The notes under the pieces were generated by a model. That model was not told the DNA's origin and made no database searches. It was given only the letters and a program-made list of their open reading frames with translations. The position numbers were made by a program, and so were the translations under genes. From NCBI GenBank assembly GCA_017540455.1, contig JAFYAZ010000034.1:25146-89145 (forward strand): a DNA stretch of 64,000 bases, written 5' to 3'. This stretch comes from Bacilli bacterium (lineage in GTDB: Bacteria > Bacillota_I > Bacilli_A > RFN20 > CAG-826). Shown piece after piece: positions 45,419 to 56,327 of this stretch (the stretch's first letter is position 1; every line of letters begins with the position of its first letter).

Positions 45419-46201
45419 TTAGAAACCCCTGTTTTTCAAATCCTCACACAAGGTTGAGTAGAATCCGTAGATCCTCTCCTTCTTGCTTTTCTTCGCCATG
45501 AAATCGAAGACGTCGCTATGGGAGATGGAACCTTCTAGCATGAGGCCCTTATATTCGCCGAATTTGGCGGACTCTTTGCTGACTAGACCGTCGCTAGGCT
45601 CCCCTTTCTCGACGTGATGGCAAAAGGCTAACGGAATGCCAAGAACGAAATCGTCCCTGCTTCTTTCAAGCGTGGCCGAATAGCTTTGGCAGTAGATTCC
45701 GCTTCCAGCCTTGAGAATCACCTCTTCAACAGGATTCCAGGAAGCGAGCTGCTCTAATGATTTTAAGGAATTTGGATGCCTATCTCCGAGGATGCGGTAC
45801 CAAAGGTTGACGAAGAAGGCCATGACATGGAGCATCCAGCGAGGGAGTTTCGCCACTCCTCTGGCGACTGGGGTTCCTTTATGTGGGGTGCACATGGTCG
45901 TAAAGCTTGCGACATGTTCCGCCATATCTAGCTTCTCAATCATGTATTTGGCATCAAGGCCGCCTTTTGAGTGGGCGATGATGTTCACTTTGTCGACTTT
46001 GTTCTCTTCGAGAATCTTGAGGATTTCCTTCTTAAGGACCTCTGCGTTGTGCTCAATTGGGGCAAAAGCCTCAACTTTGCTTCTAGATACGACAAAACCT
46101 TCCTCTTTGAGTTTGCGTTCAATCTGACCAAAAGGCTTCATGAAGATGCAGTCTCTGACGGCAAGGCCATGCACAAGGATGATTGGATAAGCGGTTTGCA
46201 T
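45419..46201 (-). CDS. alpha/beta-hydrolase esterase/lipase
   Basis: 260 aa. Nucleophile elbow AHSKGG. Small-lipase-like N-terminus (ILVHGLAV). Confidence 0.7.
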   Translation of the reverse strand: MQTAYPIILVHGLAVRDCIFMKPFGQIERKLKEEGFVVSRSKVEAFAPIEHNAEVLKKEILKILEENKVDKVNIIAHSKGGLDAKYMIEKLDMAEHVASFTTMCTPHKGTPVARGVAKLPRWMLHVMAFFVNLWYRILGDRHPNSLKSLEQLASWNPVEEVILKAGSGIYCQSYSATLERSRDDFVLGIPLAFCHHVEKGEPSDGLVSKESAKFGEYKGLMLEGSISHSDVFDFMAKKSKKERIYGFYSTLCEDLKNRGF

Positions 46202-46264
46202 CCCGTTGATGATAGCACTTTTGTTAAGAGCGAGTAAACAGACCGGGGTCCCTAGAAAAAGAAA

Positions 46265-46296
46265 AGACCGCCCATTTTAAGGGCGGTCAATTTTTT
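46265..46296. terminator. terminator after fhs, i.e. end of the pur-fhs operon
   Basis: GACCGCCCATTTTAAGGGCGGTC flanked by T-tracts on both strands. Confidence 0.7.
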
Positions 46297-46304
46297 TGTG
46301 GGGA

Positions 46305-47969
46305 TTAGAATAAGCCAGAGATGTTGCCATCTTCATCGACGTCGATGCTATTGGCGGCTGGAACTTTTGGAAGTCCTGGCATGGTCATGATTTCGCCAGT
46401 TAAGGCAACGATGAAGCCTGCGCCTGCGCTGACTTTGATGTTTCTGACCGTGACCTCGAAGTTCTCTGGGGCGCCAAGTTTGTTCTGGTCATCAGAGAAT
46501 GAGTATTGGGTCTTGGCAACGCAGATTGGGAGTTTTCCGAATCCGAGCTCTTCAAGCTTAGCGGCCTGCTTTTTGGCGGTTGGAGTAAGGACTACGCCAC
46601 TGCCATGGTAGATCTTCTTGACGATCTGATCGAGTTTCTCTTCGATCGAAGCGTCGAGTTCATAGCTGAAGCTGAAGTTATTTGGTTCTTCGCAAAGGCG
46701 GACGACTTCTTTAGCAAGTTCGATGCCACCATTGCCACCATCGGCCCAAACGGTCGAGAGCTTGACGTTGACGCCGAGCTCTTTGCATTTCCTCTCGACA
46801 AGTTCGATTTCGGCATCGGTGTCGGTTGGGAAGCGGTTGATTGCGACGACGCATGGAAGATGATAGACGGAGACGATGTTGTCGATGTGTCTAAGAAGGT
46901 TTGGAAGGCCTTTTTCAAGGGCGACGAGATCTTCCTTGCCAAGTTCGGTCTTCTTTAAGCCACCGTGCATCTTAAGGGCTCTAACGGTTGCGACCATGAC
47001 GACACAGTCAGGTTTGAGACCGGCTAAACGGCATTTGATGTCGAGGAACTTCTCAGCGCCTAAGTCAGCACCGAATCCGGCTTCTGTGACGGTGTAGTCA
47101 GCAAGCGACATAGCCATGTTCGTGGCGGTGACGGAGTTGCAGCCATGGGCGATATTGGCGAATGGGCCACCATGGACGAAGCATGGGGTGCCTTCGAGGG
47201 TCTGAACGAGGTTTGGCTTGATGGCGTCTTTGAGAAGAGCGGTCATCGCGCCGACGGCGTGGAGGTCTTTGGCGGTGACTGGTTTGTCGTCATAGGTGTA
47301 GGCGACGACCATTCTGCCGATTCTTTCCTTTAAGTCGTTGATGGAGGTGGCAAGGCAGAAGATAGCCATCATCTCAGTTGCGACGGTGATGTCGAATCCA
47401 TCTTCTCTTGGGGTGCCATTGGCTTTTCCGCCAAGGCCATCGACGACGAATCTAAGCTGGCGATCATTCATATCAAGGCATCTCTTGATGACGATTTTGC
47501 GGTTATCGATTCCTAAAGGATTGCCTTGCTGAATTGAGTTATCGAGAAGAGCGCAAAGAAGGTTGTTGGCTGTGGTGATGGCGTGGAAGTCACCGGTGAA
47601 GTGAAGGTTGATGTCTTCCATTGGGACGACTTGGGCGTATCCACCGCCGGCAGCGCCGCCTTTGATACCAAAGACTGGACCAAGAGATGGTTCTCTCAAA
47701 GCTGCGATTGTGTTCTTGCCGATCTTTCTAAGACCATCGGCAAGGCCAATGCTTGTTGTGGTTTTGCCTTCGCCCGCAGGGGTTGGGGTGATCGCGGTGA
47801 CGAGGATCAACTTGCCTTTCTTGCGGCCTTCCTTTAAGAGGGCGTAGTCAACCTTGGCTTTGTATTTGCCATAAGGCTCGAGGTATTTATCGTCGACTCC
47901 GGCGACTTTTGCGATTTCGAAGATTGTCTTCTTCTCGCACTGTTGAGCGATTTCGATGTCTGTAAGCAT
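46305..47969 (-). CDS. fhs: formate--tetrahydrofolate ligase
   Basis: 554 aa, full-length FTHFS ([14 protein letters not shown]...[11 protein letters not shown]). Strong SD. Only 22 nt separate it from the purL stop with no intervening hairpin, so it is probably co-transcribed. Confidence 0.9.
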   Translation of the reverse strand: MLTDIEIAQQCEKKTIFEIAKVAGVDDKYLEPYGKYKAKVDYALLKEGRKKGKLILVTAITPTPAGEGKTTTSIGLADGLRKIGKNTIAALREPSLGPVFGIKGGAAGGGYAQVVPMEDINLHFTGDFHAITTANNLLCALLDNSIQQGNPLGIDNRKIVIKRCLDMNDRQLRFVVDGLGGKANGTPREDGFDITVATEMMAIFCLATSINDLKERIGRMVVAYTYDDKPVTAKDLHAVGAMTALLKDAIKPNLVQTLEGTPCFVHGGPFANIAHGCNSVTATNMAMSLADYTVTEAGFGADLGAEKFLDIKCRLAGLKPDCVVMVATVRALKMHGGLKKTELGKEDLVALEKGLPNLLRHIDNIVSVYHLPCVVAINRFPTDTDAEIELVERKCKELGVNVKLSTVWADGGNGGIELAKEVVRLCEEPNNFSFSYELDASIEEKLDQIVKKIYHGSGVVLTPTAKKQAAKLEELGFGKLPICVAKTQYSFSDDQNKLGAPENFEVTVRNIKVSAGAGFIVALTGEIMTMPGLPKVPAANSIDVDEDGNISGLF

Positions 47970-47991
47970 CTTTTTTTCCTCCTAATTTTTT

Positions 47992-50900
47992 TTATTTGAA
48001 GAACTCAACAGCGGACTTAAACATTTCCATGTCGTATTCGCCGTAGACGTTCTTATATAATCCATTTCCGATACGTTCGCTATGACCCATCTTGCCAAGG
48101 ACTCGGCCATCGAACGAGGTAATGCCTTCGACGGCTAAGACTGAGTTATTTGGGTTGTAACGTATATCGTCGGTTGCTTCACCATTGAGATTAACATATT
48201 GCGTAGCAATTTGCCCATTTTTTGCAAGTTCTCTTACGAGATCCTCACTTGCGAAGAAGCGGCCTTCGCCATGGGAGATGGCAACGTTATAGACGTCGCC
48301 GACCTTGGTTCTCGCTAACCATGGTGATTTATTTGATGCGATTCTGGTTCTAACAATCTTGGACTGGTGTCTAGCGATTGTGTTGAAGGTAAGGGTTGGG
48401 AAGGATTCGTCAGTATCCATGATCTTGCCGTATGGAACGAGACCGAGTTTGATGAGGGCTTGGAAGCCATTGCAGATGCCAAGCATGAGGCCTTCTCTAT
48501 TCTCAAGAAGGTCGGTGACCGCGTTCTTGATTGCTTCGTTTCTGAAGAAAGAAGTGATGAATTTAGCGGAACCGTCTGGTTCATCGCCACCGCTGAATCC
48601 GCCTGGAACGAAGATGATCTGACTCTTCTTCACTTCTTCGGCGAAGTCTTTGATGGACTTATTGAGGTGTTCGGTATCGAGGTTGTTGATGACGAAGATC
48701 TTGACTTTTGCCCCTGCGTCCCTCATCGCCTTAGCGGAATCGAACTCGCAGTTGGTTCCTGGGAAGACTGGGATGAGGACTCTCACTTCGTCATAGTGTT
48801 TCGAAGCGTGGGCCTTGGATTCTGCCTTGTAGGAGAAAGACTCATAGATCTTGCTCTCTTTCTTTTCGAGGGTTGGGTAAACGCTTTCGAGCTTGCCTTC
48901 GTATAAGGCGTCGATGTCGCTAACCGCGACTTCTTCGTTTTTATAGACGTATTTGGCGTCGTTAGTGACTTCGCCAACATAGAGGCCATCGAGTTTTTCG
49001 TTAGTTTCGACCATGAATGAACCATAGGCATAGCCATAGATGTCACTAAGGGTCAATTCGTCATTGAACTTGAAGCCATAGCCATTGCCGATAGCGGCTT
49101 TCATGACGGCTTCGGCGACACCGCCAAGGGTTGGGGTGAAGCAGGATTTGATTAAACCTTTTGAATTAAACTCTTCGATTCTCTTGAAGAGAGCTTTGAC
49201 GCTTTCGGCGTTTGGAAGGCCATTCTCATCATAAGATGGCTTTAAGAGATAGACTTTGCTGCCCGCCTCTTTGAATTCGTTGGTGAGGACTTCATTGACG
49301 TTACCCGTGGTGACGGCGAAGGAGACAAGGGTTGGAGGAACGTCGAGTTTCTCGAATGATCCTGACATCGAGTCTTTGCCACCGATTGCGGCAACACCGA
49401 AATCGAGCTGGGCTTTGAAGGCGCCAAGGAGAGCGCTTAAAGGCTCGCCCCAACGTCTGGCGTCTTTCATCGGCTTCTTGAAGTATTCCTGGAAGGTGAG
49501 GTAGACGTCTTCGAATTTGGCGCCCGCAGCAATGAGCTTGGAGATGCTTTCGACGACGGAAAGATAGGCGCCTTGATATGGGTTCTTCTCCATGATGAAT
49601 GGGTTATATCCCCATGACATGAAGGAGCAATCGTCGGTGTGTTTTTCTTCAACCGAGATCTTGGTGACCATTGTCTGGACAGGGGTTCTCTGGTATTTGC
49701 CACCAAATGGCATGGTGACGGCACCTGCGCCGATGGTTGAGTCGAATCTCTCGCTGAGACCGCGCTTCGAGCAGATGTTGAGATCGCCAGCGAGGGCTTT
49801 GAGATTTGAAGCGAAATCCCCTTCCACCTCTTTCTTGTAGTCAAGAGGCTTGGAGGCAAGGATGTCGATATGCTTCTCAGCGCCGTTGGAATTGAGGAAT
49901 TCACGGCTGACATCGACGATGACCTTGTCGTTCCATTTCATGACAAGGCGAGGGTTCTTGGTAACGGTAGCAACCACGGTTGCTTCGAGGTTTTCTTTGT
50001 TAGCGATAGCAAGGAAGGCGTCGACGTTTTCTTTTTCGACGACCACTGCCATTCTTTCTTGCGATTCGCTGATAGCGAGTTCGGTGCCATCAAGGCCTTC
50101 GTATTTCTTTGGGACGGCATTGAGGTTGATCGATAAGCCATCCGCGAGCTCGCCGATTGCGACCGAAACGCCGCCGGCACCGAAGTCGTTGCAGCGTTTG
50201 ATCATTTGGCAGGCTTCTTTGTTTCTAAAGAGCCTTTGGAGTTTTCTTTCTTCTGGGGCGTTTCCTTTTTGGACTTCCGCGCCGCAGGTTTCGACTGAGT
50301 GGGCGTTATGGGCTTTGGAGGAGCCGGTTGCGCCACCGACGCCATCTCTGCCGGTTCTACCACCAAGAAGGATGACGACATCGCCATCGACTGGGCATTC
50401 GCGTCTGACGTTCTCGGCTGGGGTTGCGGCGATGACTGCGCCGATTTCCATACGTTTTGCGACGTATCCTGGATGATAGATCTCATCAACGATGCCAGTA
50501 GCTAAGCCGATCTGGTTGCCATATGAGGAATAGCCGGCCGCAGCGGTTTGGACGAGCTTACGCTGTGGGAGTTTGCCAGGGATGGTCTCACTGAGCGGGA
50601 CGGTTGGGTCGCCAGCGCCGGTGACACGCATCGCGGCATAGACGTAGCTTCTGCCTGAAAGAGGGTCACGGATTGCGCCGCCGATACAGGTAGCCGCGCC
50701 GCCGAAAGGTTCGATTTCGGTTGGGTGGTTATGGGTCTCGTTCTTGAAGAGGAGGAGCCATTTCTCGGTTTCACCATCGACCTTGACGTCGATCTTGACG
50801 GTGCAGGCATTGATTTCCTCCGATTCATCGAGCTTTTGGAGCATGCCTCTCTTCTTGAGGACTTTGGCAGCGAGGGTGCCAATATCCATGAGGTTGACTG

Positions 50901-51678
50901 GTTTGGTTCTGTTGAGCTCTTTGCGGCACTCAATGTATTCTTCGTAGGCCGCTTGGATCTCTTTGTCTTCGAAAGAGACGTTGTCGATCGTGGTTAAGAA
51001 GGTCGTGTGACGGCAGTGATCGGACCAATAGGTGTCGATCATCTTGATCTCGGTGATGGTTGGGTCTCTTTGCTCGCTTCTGAAGTAGGCTTGGCAGAAA
51101 GCGATGTCATCGAGGTCCATGGCTAAGCCGTTTTCCTTGACGAAGGCATCAAGCTCATCTCTCGATTTGCCAATGAATCCAGTCAAGGTTTTGACTGTCG
51201 TTGGGATGACGTATTGGGTTTTGAGGGTACTAGGAAGCTCTAAGCTCGCTTCTCTGGCCTCGACAGGGTTAATGACGTATTTCTTGACGGCGGCCACTTC
51301 TTCTTTTGAGAGCTCGCCTTCTAAGATATACACCTTAGCGGTTTTGATGATTGGCTTATCGATGACCGCCATGATCTGGATGCACTGGGCGGCGGAATCG
51401 GCTCTTTGGTCGAATTGGCCTGGGAGGTATTCGACGGCGAAGACTAAGCCTTTTGAAGCTGGGAGCTCAGTGTAGACATCATCAAGCTGAGGTTCGGAAA
51501 GGACGGTGCGGATGGCTTTCTCTAAGACTTTGGCGTCGATGTTCTCAAGGTCGTAGCGGTTAAGGATCCTAAGCGATTTGAGCCCTTTGATGCCAAGAAG
51601 GTTCTTGAATTCGCTATACAAAGCGTTCGCTTCATTCTGAAGACCTGGCTTTTTCTCTACGTAAACTCTATTGACCAT
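47992..51678 (-). CDS. purL: phosphoribosylformylglycinamidine synthase, single-chain large form
   Basis: 1228 aa with an N-terminal PurS-like region, an AIRS/FGAM synthetase core, and a C-terminal glutamine amidotransferase. Confidence 0.9.
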   Translation of the reverse strand: MVNRVYVEKKPGLQNEANALYSEFKNLLGIKGLKSLRILNRYDLENIDAKVLEKAIRTVLSEPQLDDVYTELPASKGLVFAVEYLPGQFDQRADSAAQCIQIMAVIDKPIIKTAKVYILEGELSKEEVAAVKKYVINPVEAREASLELPSTLKTQYVIPTTVKTLTGFIGKSRDELDAFVKENGLAMDLDDIAFCQAYFRSEQRDPTITEIKMIDTYWSDHCRHTTFLTTIDNVSFEDKEIQAAYEEYIECRKELNRTKPVNLMDIGTLAAKVLKKRGMLQKLDESEEINACTVKIDVKVDGETEKWLLLFKNETHNHPTEIEPFGGAATCIGGAIRDPLSGRSYVYAAMRVTGAGDPTVPLSETIPGKLPQRKLVQTAAAGYSSYGNQIGLATGIVDEIYHPGYVAKRMEIGAVIAATPAENVRRECPVDGDVVILLGGRTGRDGVGGATGSSKAHNAHSVETCGAEVQKGNAPEERKLQRLFRNKEACQMIKRCNDFGAGGVSVAIGELADGLSINLNAVPKKYEGLDGTELAISESQERMAVVVEKENVDAFLAIANKENLEATVVATVTKNPRLVMKWNDKVIVDVSREFLNSNGAEKHIDILASKPLDYKKEVEGDFASNLKALAGDLNICSKRGLSERFDSTIGAGAVTMPFGGKYQRTPVQTMVTKISVEEKHTDDCSFMSWGYNPFIMEKNPYQGAYLSVVESISKLIAAGAKFEDVYLTFQEYFKKPMKDARRWGEPLSALLGAFKAQLDFGVAAIGGKDSMSGSFEKLDVPPTLVSFAVTTGNVNEVLTNEFKEAGSKVYLLKPSYDENGLPNAESVKALFKRIEEFNSKGLIKSCFTPTLGGVAEAVMKAAIGNGYGFKFNDELTLSDIYGYAYGSFMVETNEKLDGLYVGEVTNDAKYVYKNEEVAVSDIDALYEGKLESVYPTLEKKESKIYESFSYKAESKAHASKHYDEVRVLIPVFPGTNCEFDSAKAMRDAGAKVKIFVINNLDTEHLNKSIKDFAEEVKKSQIIFVPGGFSGGDEPDGSAKFITSFFRNEAIKNAVTDLLENREGLMLGICNGFQALIKLGLVPYGKIMDTDESFPTLTFNTIARHQSKIVRTRIASNKSPWLARTKVGDVYNVAISHGEGRFFASEDLVRELAKNGQIATQYVNLNGEATDDIRYNPNNSVLAVEGITSFDGRVLGKMGHSERIGNGLYKNVYGEYDMEMFKSAVEFFK

Positions 51679-52949
51679 TAGTCTCTCTCCTTTGCTTTGA
51701 GTGCTCTAGCGCCGATATCGTGACGGTAGAAGCTGTTATCGAAATGGATTTTGTTAACTTTTTCGTATGAGGCTTTGATGGCGCACTTAAGGCATCCGCC
51801 AACTGAGGTGACGCCTAAGACGCGGCCACCATTCGTGAGAAGCTTATCGCCATCGAGTTTGGCGCCTGCGAAATAGATATCGTTTTTGACATCTTCATCA
51901 CAGGTGATCTCATAGCCCTTCTCATAATGGGTTGGGTATCCTTTTGAGGCCATGATGACGCAGCAGGCCGATTTGTCGCTCCATTTGACTTCAGTCTTAT
52001 CAAGCGTTCCGTTAGTGGTCGCCATCATGATGGTGAGAAGGTCGCTTTCTAGAAGCGGGAGGACGACTTGGGCCTCTGGGTCACCGAAACGGCAATTGTA
52101 TTCGATTACCTTCGGTCCGTCTTTCGTGATCATAAGGCCGAAATAGAGGCAGCCTTTGAAGGTTCTTCCTTCTTTGTTCATGGCTTCGATCGTTGGAAGG
52201 AAGATCTTTTCCATGCACTCTTTAGCGACTTCTTCGGTGTAATAAGGGTTTGGGGCGATTGTGCCCATGCCGCCGGTATTTAGGCCCTCATCGTTATCAA
52301 GGGCGCGCTTGTGGTCCATGCTGGAAACCATTGGCTTAAGGGTCTTGCCATCGGTGAAGGAAAGGACGGAAACCTCTGGTCCTTCTAAGAATTCCTCGAT
52401 GACGATATGATCGCCCGAGGCACCGAACTGGTGATTGCTCATGGCGGAGATGACGGCTTGCTTAGCTTCTTCCCTAGTCATAGCAATGACAACGCCCTTG
52501 CCAAGAGCGAGGCCATCGGCTTTGACGACGGTTGGGATTGGGCACTTTTCGACATACGCAAGAGCCTTATTGACGTCATCGAAGACCTCATAGGCGGCGG
52601 TTGGGATGCCGTATTTCTTCATTAGGTTCTTGGAGAAGACTTTGCTGCCTTCGATGATGGCGGCGTTCTTCTTTGGGCCAAAGCAAGGGATGCCTTCTTT
52701 TTCGAGAGCATCGACCATGCCTAAGACAAGCGGATCATCTGGGGTGACGACGACATAGTCGACCTTGTTTGCCTTCGCGAAAGAGACGACTCCTTCGATG
52801 TCGGTTGCCGAGCCGCTCACTAAAACCGCGTCATCCTTCATGCCTCCATTGCCTGGATAGGCATAAATGGTTTCGACGTTTTTGTTTTCTTTGATTTTCT
52901 TGATGATGGCGTGTTCTCTGCCACCGCTTCCAACGACTAAGACTTTCAT
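51678..52949 (-). CDS. purD: phosphoribosylamine--glycine ligase
   Basis: 423 aa. MKVLVVGSGGREHAI, ATP-grasp. Confidence 0.9.
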   Translation of the reverse strand: MKVLVVGSGGREHAIIKKIKENKNVETIYAYPGNGGMKDDAVLVSGSATDIEGVVSFAKANKVDYVVVTPDDPLVLGMVDALEKEGIPCFGPKKNAAIIEGSKVFSKNLMKKYGIPTAAYEVFDDVNKALAYVEKCPIPTVVKADGLALGKGVVIAMTREEAKQAVISAMSNHQFGASGDHIVIEEFLEGPEVSVLSFTDGKTLKPMVSSMDHKRALDNDEGLNTGGMGTIAPNPYYTEEVAKECMEKIFLPTIEAMNKEGRTFKGCLYFGLMITKDGPKVIEYNCRFGDPEAQVVLPLLESDLLTIMMATTNGTLDKTEVKWSDKSACCVIMASKGYPTHYEKGYEITCDEDVKNDIYFAGAKLDGDKLLTNGGRVLGVTSVGGCLKCAIKASYEKVNKIHFDNSFYRHDIGARALKAKERD

Positions 52950-52964
52950 CGGTTATCCCTAAGA

Positions 52965-54149
52965 CTAGTGATGGAATAAACGCATTCCGGTGAAGGCCAT
53001 GACCATATCGTATTTGTCAGCGCATTCAATGACGAGGTCGTCTCTCACGGAACCGCCAGGTTCAGCGATATAGGAGACGCCAGAGCGCTTGGCTCTTTCG
53101 ATATTGTCGAAGAACGGGAAGAAAGCGTCGCTGCCTAAAGAGACGCCGGTGATGGTCGAAAGATAGGCTTTCTGCTCTTCGCGGGTGAATCTTTCTGGCT
53201 GTTTGGTGAAGTATTTCTGCCAGATTCCGTCAGCGCAGACATCCTCTTCGTTTTGGTTGATGTAGCCATCGATGACGTTATCTCTGTCTGGACGCTTGAT
53301 GGTTGGGAGGAATGGGAGGTTAAGGACCTTGTCATGCTGACGGAGGAAGAAGGTGTCGGCCTTGCTGCCGGCTAAGCGGGTGCAGTGAATTCTCGATTGC
53401 TGACCGGCGCCGACGCCGATAGCCTGGCCTTTGTAGGCGTAGCAGACGGAATTCGATTGGGTGTATTTGAGGGTGATTAAAGCGATGATGAGATCTTGGA
53501 CCGCGCTTTCTGGGAGATTTTTGTTCTTGGTGACGATATTGGAAAGAAGTTCGCGGTTGATCTTGAAGTTGTTTCTGCCTTGCTCGAAGGTGATGCCATA
53601 GACCTGCTTGGTCTCCTTTTCTTGTGGGACGTAGCTTGGGTCAATCTTAACGACGTTATAGGTGCCGTTTCTCTTGGCTTTGAGGACTTCGAGGGCTTCT
53701 GGAGAGTAGCTAGGAGCAATGATGCCGTCGCTGACTTCGCGTTTGACCATCAAAGCGGTTGTGAGGTCAACTTCATCGCTGAAGGCGACCCAATCGCCGA
53801 ATGAGCACATTCTGTCGGTGCCCCTGGCTCTGGCGTAAGCGCAGGCGACAGGAGATTCGTCTAAGCCTTTGACGTCATCGACGAAGCAGGCCTTCTTGAG
53901 TTTCTCATCAAGAGGGAGGCCGATGGCGGCGCTGGTTGGAGAGACATGCTTGAAGGAAGCGCAGGCAACGTATCCAAGGGCTTCTTTGAGCTCTTTGACG
54001 AGCTGGTAAGAGTTGAAGGCGTCAAGGAAGTTGATGTAGCCTGGGCGGCCATTGAGGATCTCGATTGGGAGATCTTCTCCGTTAGCCATGTAGATCTTCG
54101 ATGGCTTCTGATTTGGGTTGCAACCGTATTTGAGTTCGAATTCTTTCAT
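52965..54149 (-). CDS. purH: AICAR transformylase-only PurH (lacks the N-terminal MGS-like IMP cyclohydrolase domain)
   Basis: 394 aa. Begins at the AICARFT domain (ELKYGCNPNQ ~ LRYGENPHQ). Conserved GVGAGQQSRI and SDAFFPF...EPGGSVRDD...FTGMRLFHH blocks. Confidence 0.8.
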   Translation of the reverse strand: MKEFELKYGCNPNQKPSKIYMANGEDLPIEILNGRPGYINFLDAFNSYQLVKELKEALGYVACASFKHVSPTSAAIGLPLDEKLKKACFVDDVKGLDESPVACAYARARGTDRMCSFGDWVAFSDEVDLTTALMVKREVSDGIIAPSYSPEALEVLKAKRNGTYNVVKIDPSYVPQEKETKQVYGITFEQGRNNFKINRELLSNIVTKNKNLPESAVQDLIIALITLKYTQSNSVCYAYKGQAIGVGAGQQSRIHCTRLAGSKADTFFLRQHDKVLNLPFLPTIKRPDRDNVIDGYINQNEEDVCADGIWQKYFTKQPERFTREEQKAYLSTITGVSLGSDAFFPFFDNIERAKRSGVSYIAEPGGSVRDDLVIECADKYDMVMAFTGMRLFHH

Positions 54150-54163
54150 TGTTTTTCTCCTTT

Positions 54164-55597
54164 TTAGACTTTCAAAGTAGCGGTGATTGTCTCACCTTGG
54201 TATTTCTTAAGAAGTGGGTCGACAAAGTCGGCGATAAATTCGACGACTTGGGAAGCGGCTCTACCAGTGTATTTGGCAGGATCGAGCTCTTTTTCGATGT
54301 CTTCCTTTTTGAGGTTGAACATCGGGTCGGCGACGAGTCTGTCGATGAGGTCGTTTGGTTTGCCATTCATCTTGACTTCGTAGGCGGCCGCTTGCGAGTG
54401 GACGCGGATCGCTTCATGGAGCTCTTGACGGTTGCCACCGCGTTTGACGGCTTCCATCATGATGTTCTCGGTGGCCATGAATGGAAGTTTTTCCATGACA
54501 CGGCGACGGATGACGTTCTCATAGACGACGAGGTTCGATGAGATGTTGATGTAGATGTTGAGGATGGCATCCACCGCTAAGAAAGCCTCAGCGACGGAGA
54601 CACGCTTATTGGCGCTGTCATCAAGGGTTCTTTCAAACCATTGGGTGCCAGCGGTAAGACCTGGGTTGATCGAGTCAACGATGACGTATCTCGCAAGGGA
54701 AGAGATTCTTTCGCTTCTCATTGGGTTGCGTTTGTATGGCATCGCGGAACTGCCGATCTGGGTCTTCTCAAATGGCTCTTCAATCTCTTCGAAGGATTGG
54801 AGGATACGGAGGTCATTCGAGAATTTGTAGGCGGATTGCGCAAAACCCGAAAGGACGCTTAAGAAATAGCTATCGACCTTGCGGGAATAGGTCTGTCCTG
54901 AAACAGGGACGCAGGCTTCAAAGCCCATATCGGTTGCGATGAGTTTCTCAAGTTCTTTGACTTTGGCTTCATCACCGCCGAAAAGATCCATGAATGAAGC
55001 TTGGGTTCCTGTGGTGCCTTTTTGGCCAAGGAGTTTGAGGTTGTCCATTTGATAGACGAGGTTTTCGACGTCCATCACGAGCTCATTCATCCACAAAGTG
55101 GCCCTCTTGCCGACCGTGGTAAGCTGGGCTGGCTGGAGATGGGTGTAAGCAAGGCAAGGAAGGTCTTTGTACTTGAGGGCAAAGGCTTTGAGGTTGCTTA
55201 AGACCTGAGCGGCTTTCTTAAGGACGATCTTGCTTGCTTCCCTAAGGATGATGACGTCGGTGTTATCGCCAACATAGCAGGATGTGGCGCCTAAATGGAT
55301 GATGCCCGCCGCTTTTGGGCATTGCTGTCCGTAAGCGTAGACGTGAGACATGACGTCATGCCTGACGATTCTTTCTCTTTCTTCAGCGACATCGTAGTTG
55401 ATGTCACTCACGTGGGCTTCGAGCTCAGCGATCTGCTCATCGGTGATATCTAAGCCTAACTTCTTTTCGCTTTTGGCCAAAGAAACCCAGAGTTTTCTCC
55501 AAGTCTGGAACTTGAAATCGTTAGAGAAAACGTACTGCATCTCTTCGCTTGCGTAGCGGGTCGAGAATGGTGAAATGTATCCTTTTCTTTCTTCCAT
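54164..55597 (-). CDS. purB: adenylosuccinate lyase
   Basis: 477 aa. Lyase_1 fold with a C-terminal ADSL domain. Confidence 0.85.
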   Translation of the reverse strand: MEERKGYISPFSTRYASEEMQYVFSNDFKFQTWRKLWVSLAKSEKKLGLDITDEQIAELEAHVSDINYDVAEERERIVRHDVMSHVYAYGQQCPKAAGIIHLGATSCYVGDNTDVIILREASKIVLKKAAQVLSNLKAFALKYKDLPCLAYTHLQPAQLTTVGKRATLWMNELVMDVENLVYQMDNLKLLGQKGTTGTQASFMDLFGGDEAKVKELEKLIATDMGFEACVPVSGQTYSRKVDSYFLSVLSGFAQSAYKFSNDLRILQSFEEIEEPFEKTQIGSSAMPYKRNPMRSERISSLARYVIVDSINPGLTAGTQWFERTLDDSANKRVSVAEAFLAVDAILNIYINISSNLVVYENVIRRRVMEKLPFMATENIMMEAVKRGGNRQELHEAIRVHSQAAAYEVKMNGKPNDLIDRLVADPMFNLKKEDIEKELDPAKYTGRAASQVVEFIADFVDPLLKKYQGETITATLKV

Positions 55598-55607
55598 CTT
55601 TGCCTCC

Positions 55608-56327
55608 TTATTTGTTTTTATTGATAAGTCTTGTGGTGACTTCTTTGGTAGCTAAGTCAACGTATCTGACGTAGAGGGAGATCTTGTTGTTCTCGTTTAA
55701 GCCAGTCCAGATATCGTTAGCGAATTCGTCGATATCGTTAGGGACGGCCACTCTTTCAGGCTCGCCTTGGAAGGTTGGGATTGGGTTTCCATCGGTGACG
55801 TAGGTATGGATGAAATGTCCAAGTCCTGGGAGGGCGTCATATTCGAAATAGTAACGGTTGCAGGAGGTTCCTTTCTCGTCAGCGGATTTGAGGATCGACA
55901 TCTCATAGGAGAAATCGTTTCCCTCGAATTTGAGAACGCCGGAGATGCGTGGGGTGAGGTTAGGGAAGTCTGGCTCAAAGGCGCGGCTCTTGAGGGAGCA
56001 CTTCATGCATTTGCCGGCTTTAAGGCCTTCGTAGATGGTATCGGTCTGATCGCCGTTGGTGACAATCATCTTGTTGTCGATGTCTCTCACCGCCGCATAG
56101 ATGATAAGCGATGGGTCCTGGACTTTTGAGGCGTCGAATGGTTCGGTGTAGAGGACGTTGTCCTTGAAGGTGAAGACTCTGTTTCTTGAGTTCTCGCTTC
56201 TGCCCATGATGAAGTAAGCGAAAGCCGCTTTCTTGCCATCACTAGTTTTGCCAATGATGATGCCACGTCCGACATATGGGTTGTCCTTGATGAGTTCCTT
56301 TATGTTGCTAACAGCGTAGATGTTCAT
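55608..56327 (-). CDS. purO: PurO-type (archaeal-like) IMP cyclohydrolase
   Basis: 239 aa. YVGRGIIIGKTSDGKKAAFAYFIMGRSENSRNR, TNGDQTDTIYEG and TPRISGVL match the PurO (IMP_cyclohyd, PF07826) core as recalled from Methanocaldococcus PurO. Confidence 0.65.
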   Translation of the reverse strand: MNIYAVSNIKELIKDNPYVGRGIIIGKTSDGKKAAFAYFIMGRSENSRNRVFTFKDNVLYTEPFDASKVQDPSLIIYAAVRDIDNKMIVTNGDQTDTIYEGLKAGKCMKCSLKSRAFEPDFPNLTPRISGVLKFEGNDFSYEMSILKSADEKGTSCNRYYFEYDALPGLGHFIHTYVTDGNPIPTFQGEPERVAVPNDIDEFANDIWTGLNENNKISLYVRYVDLATKEVTTRLINKNK

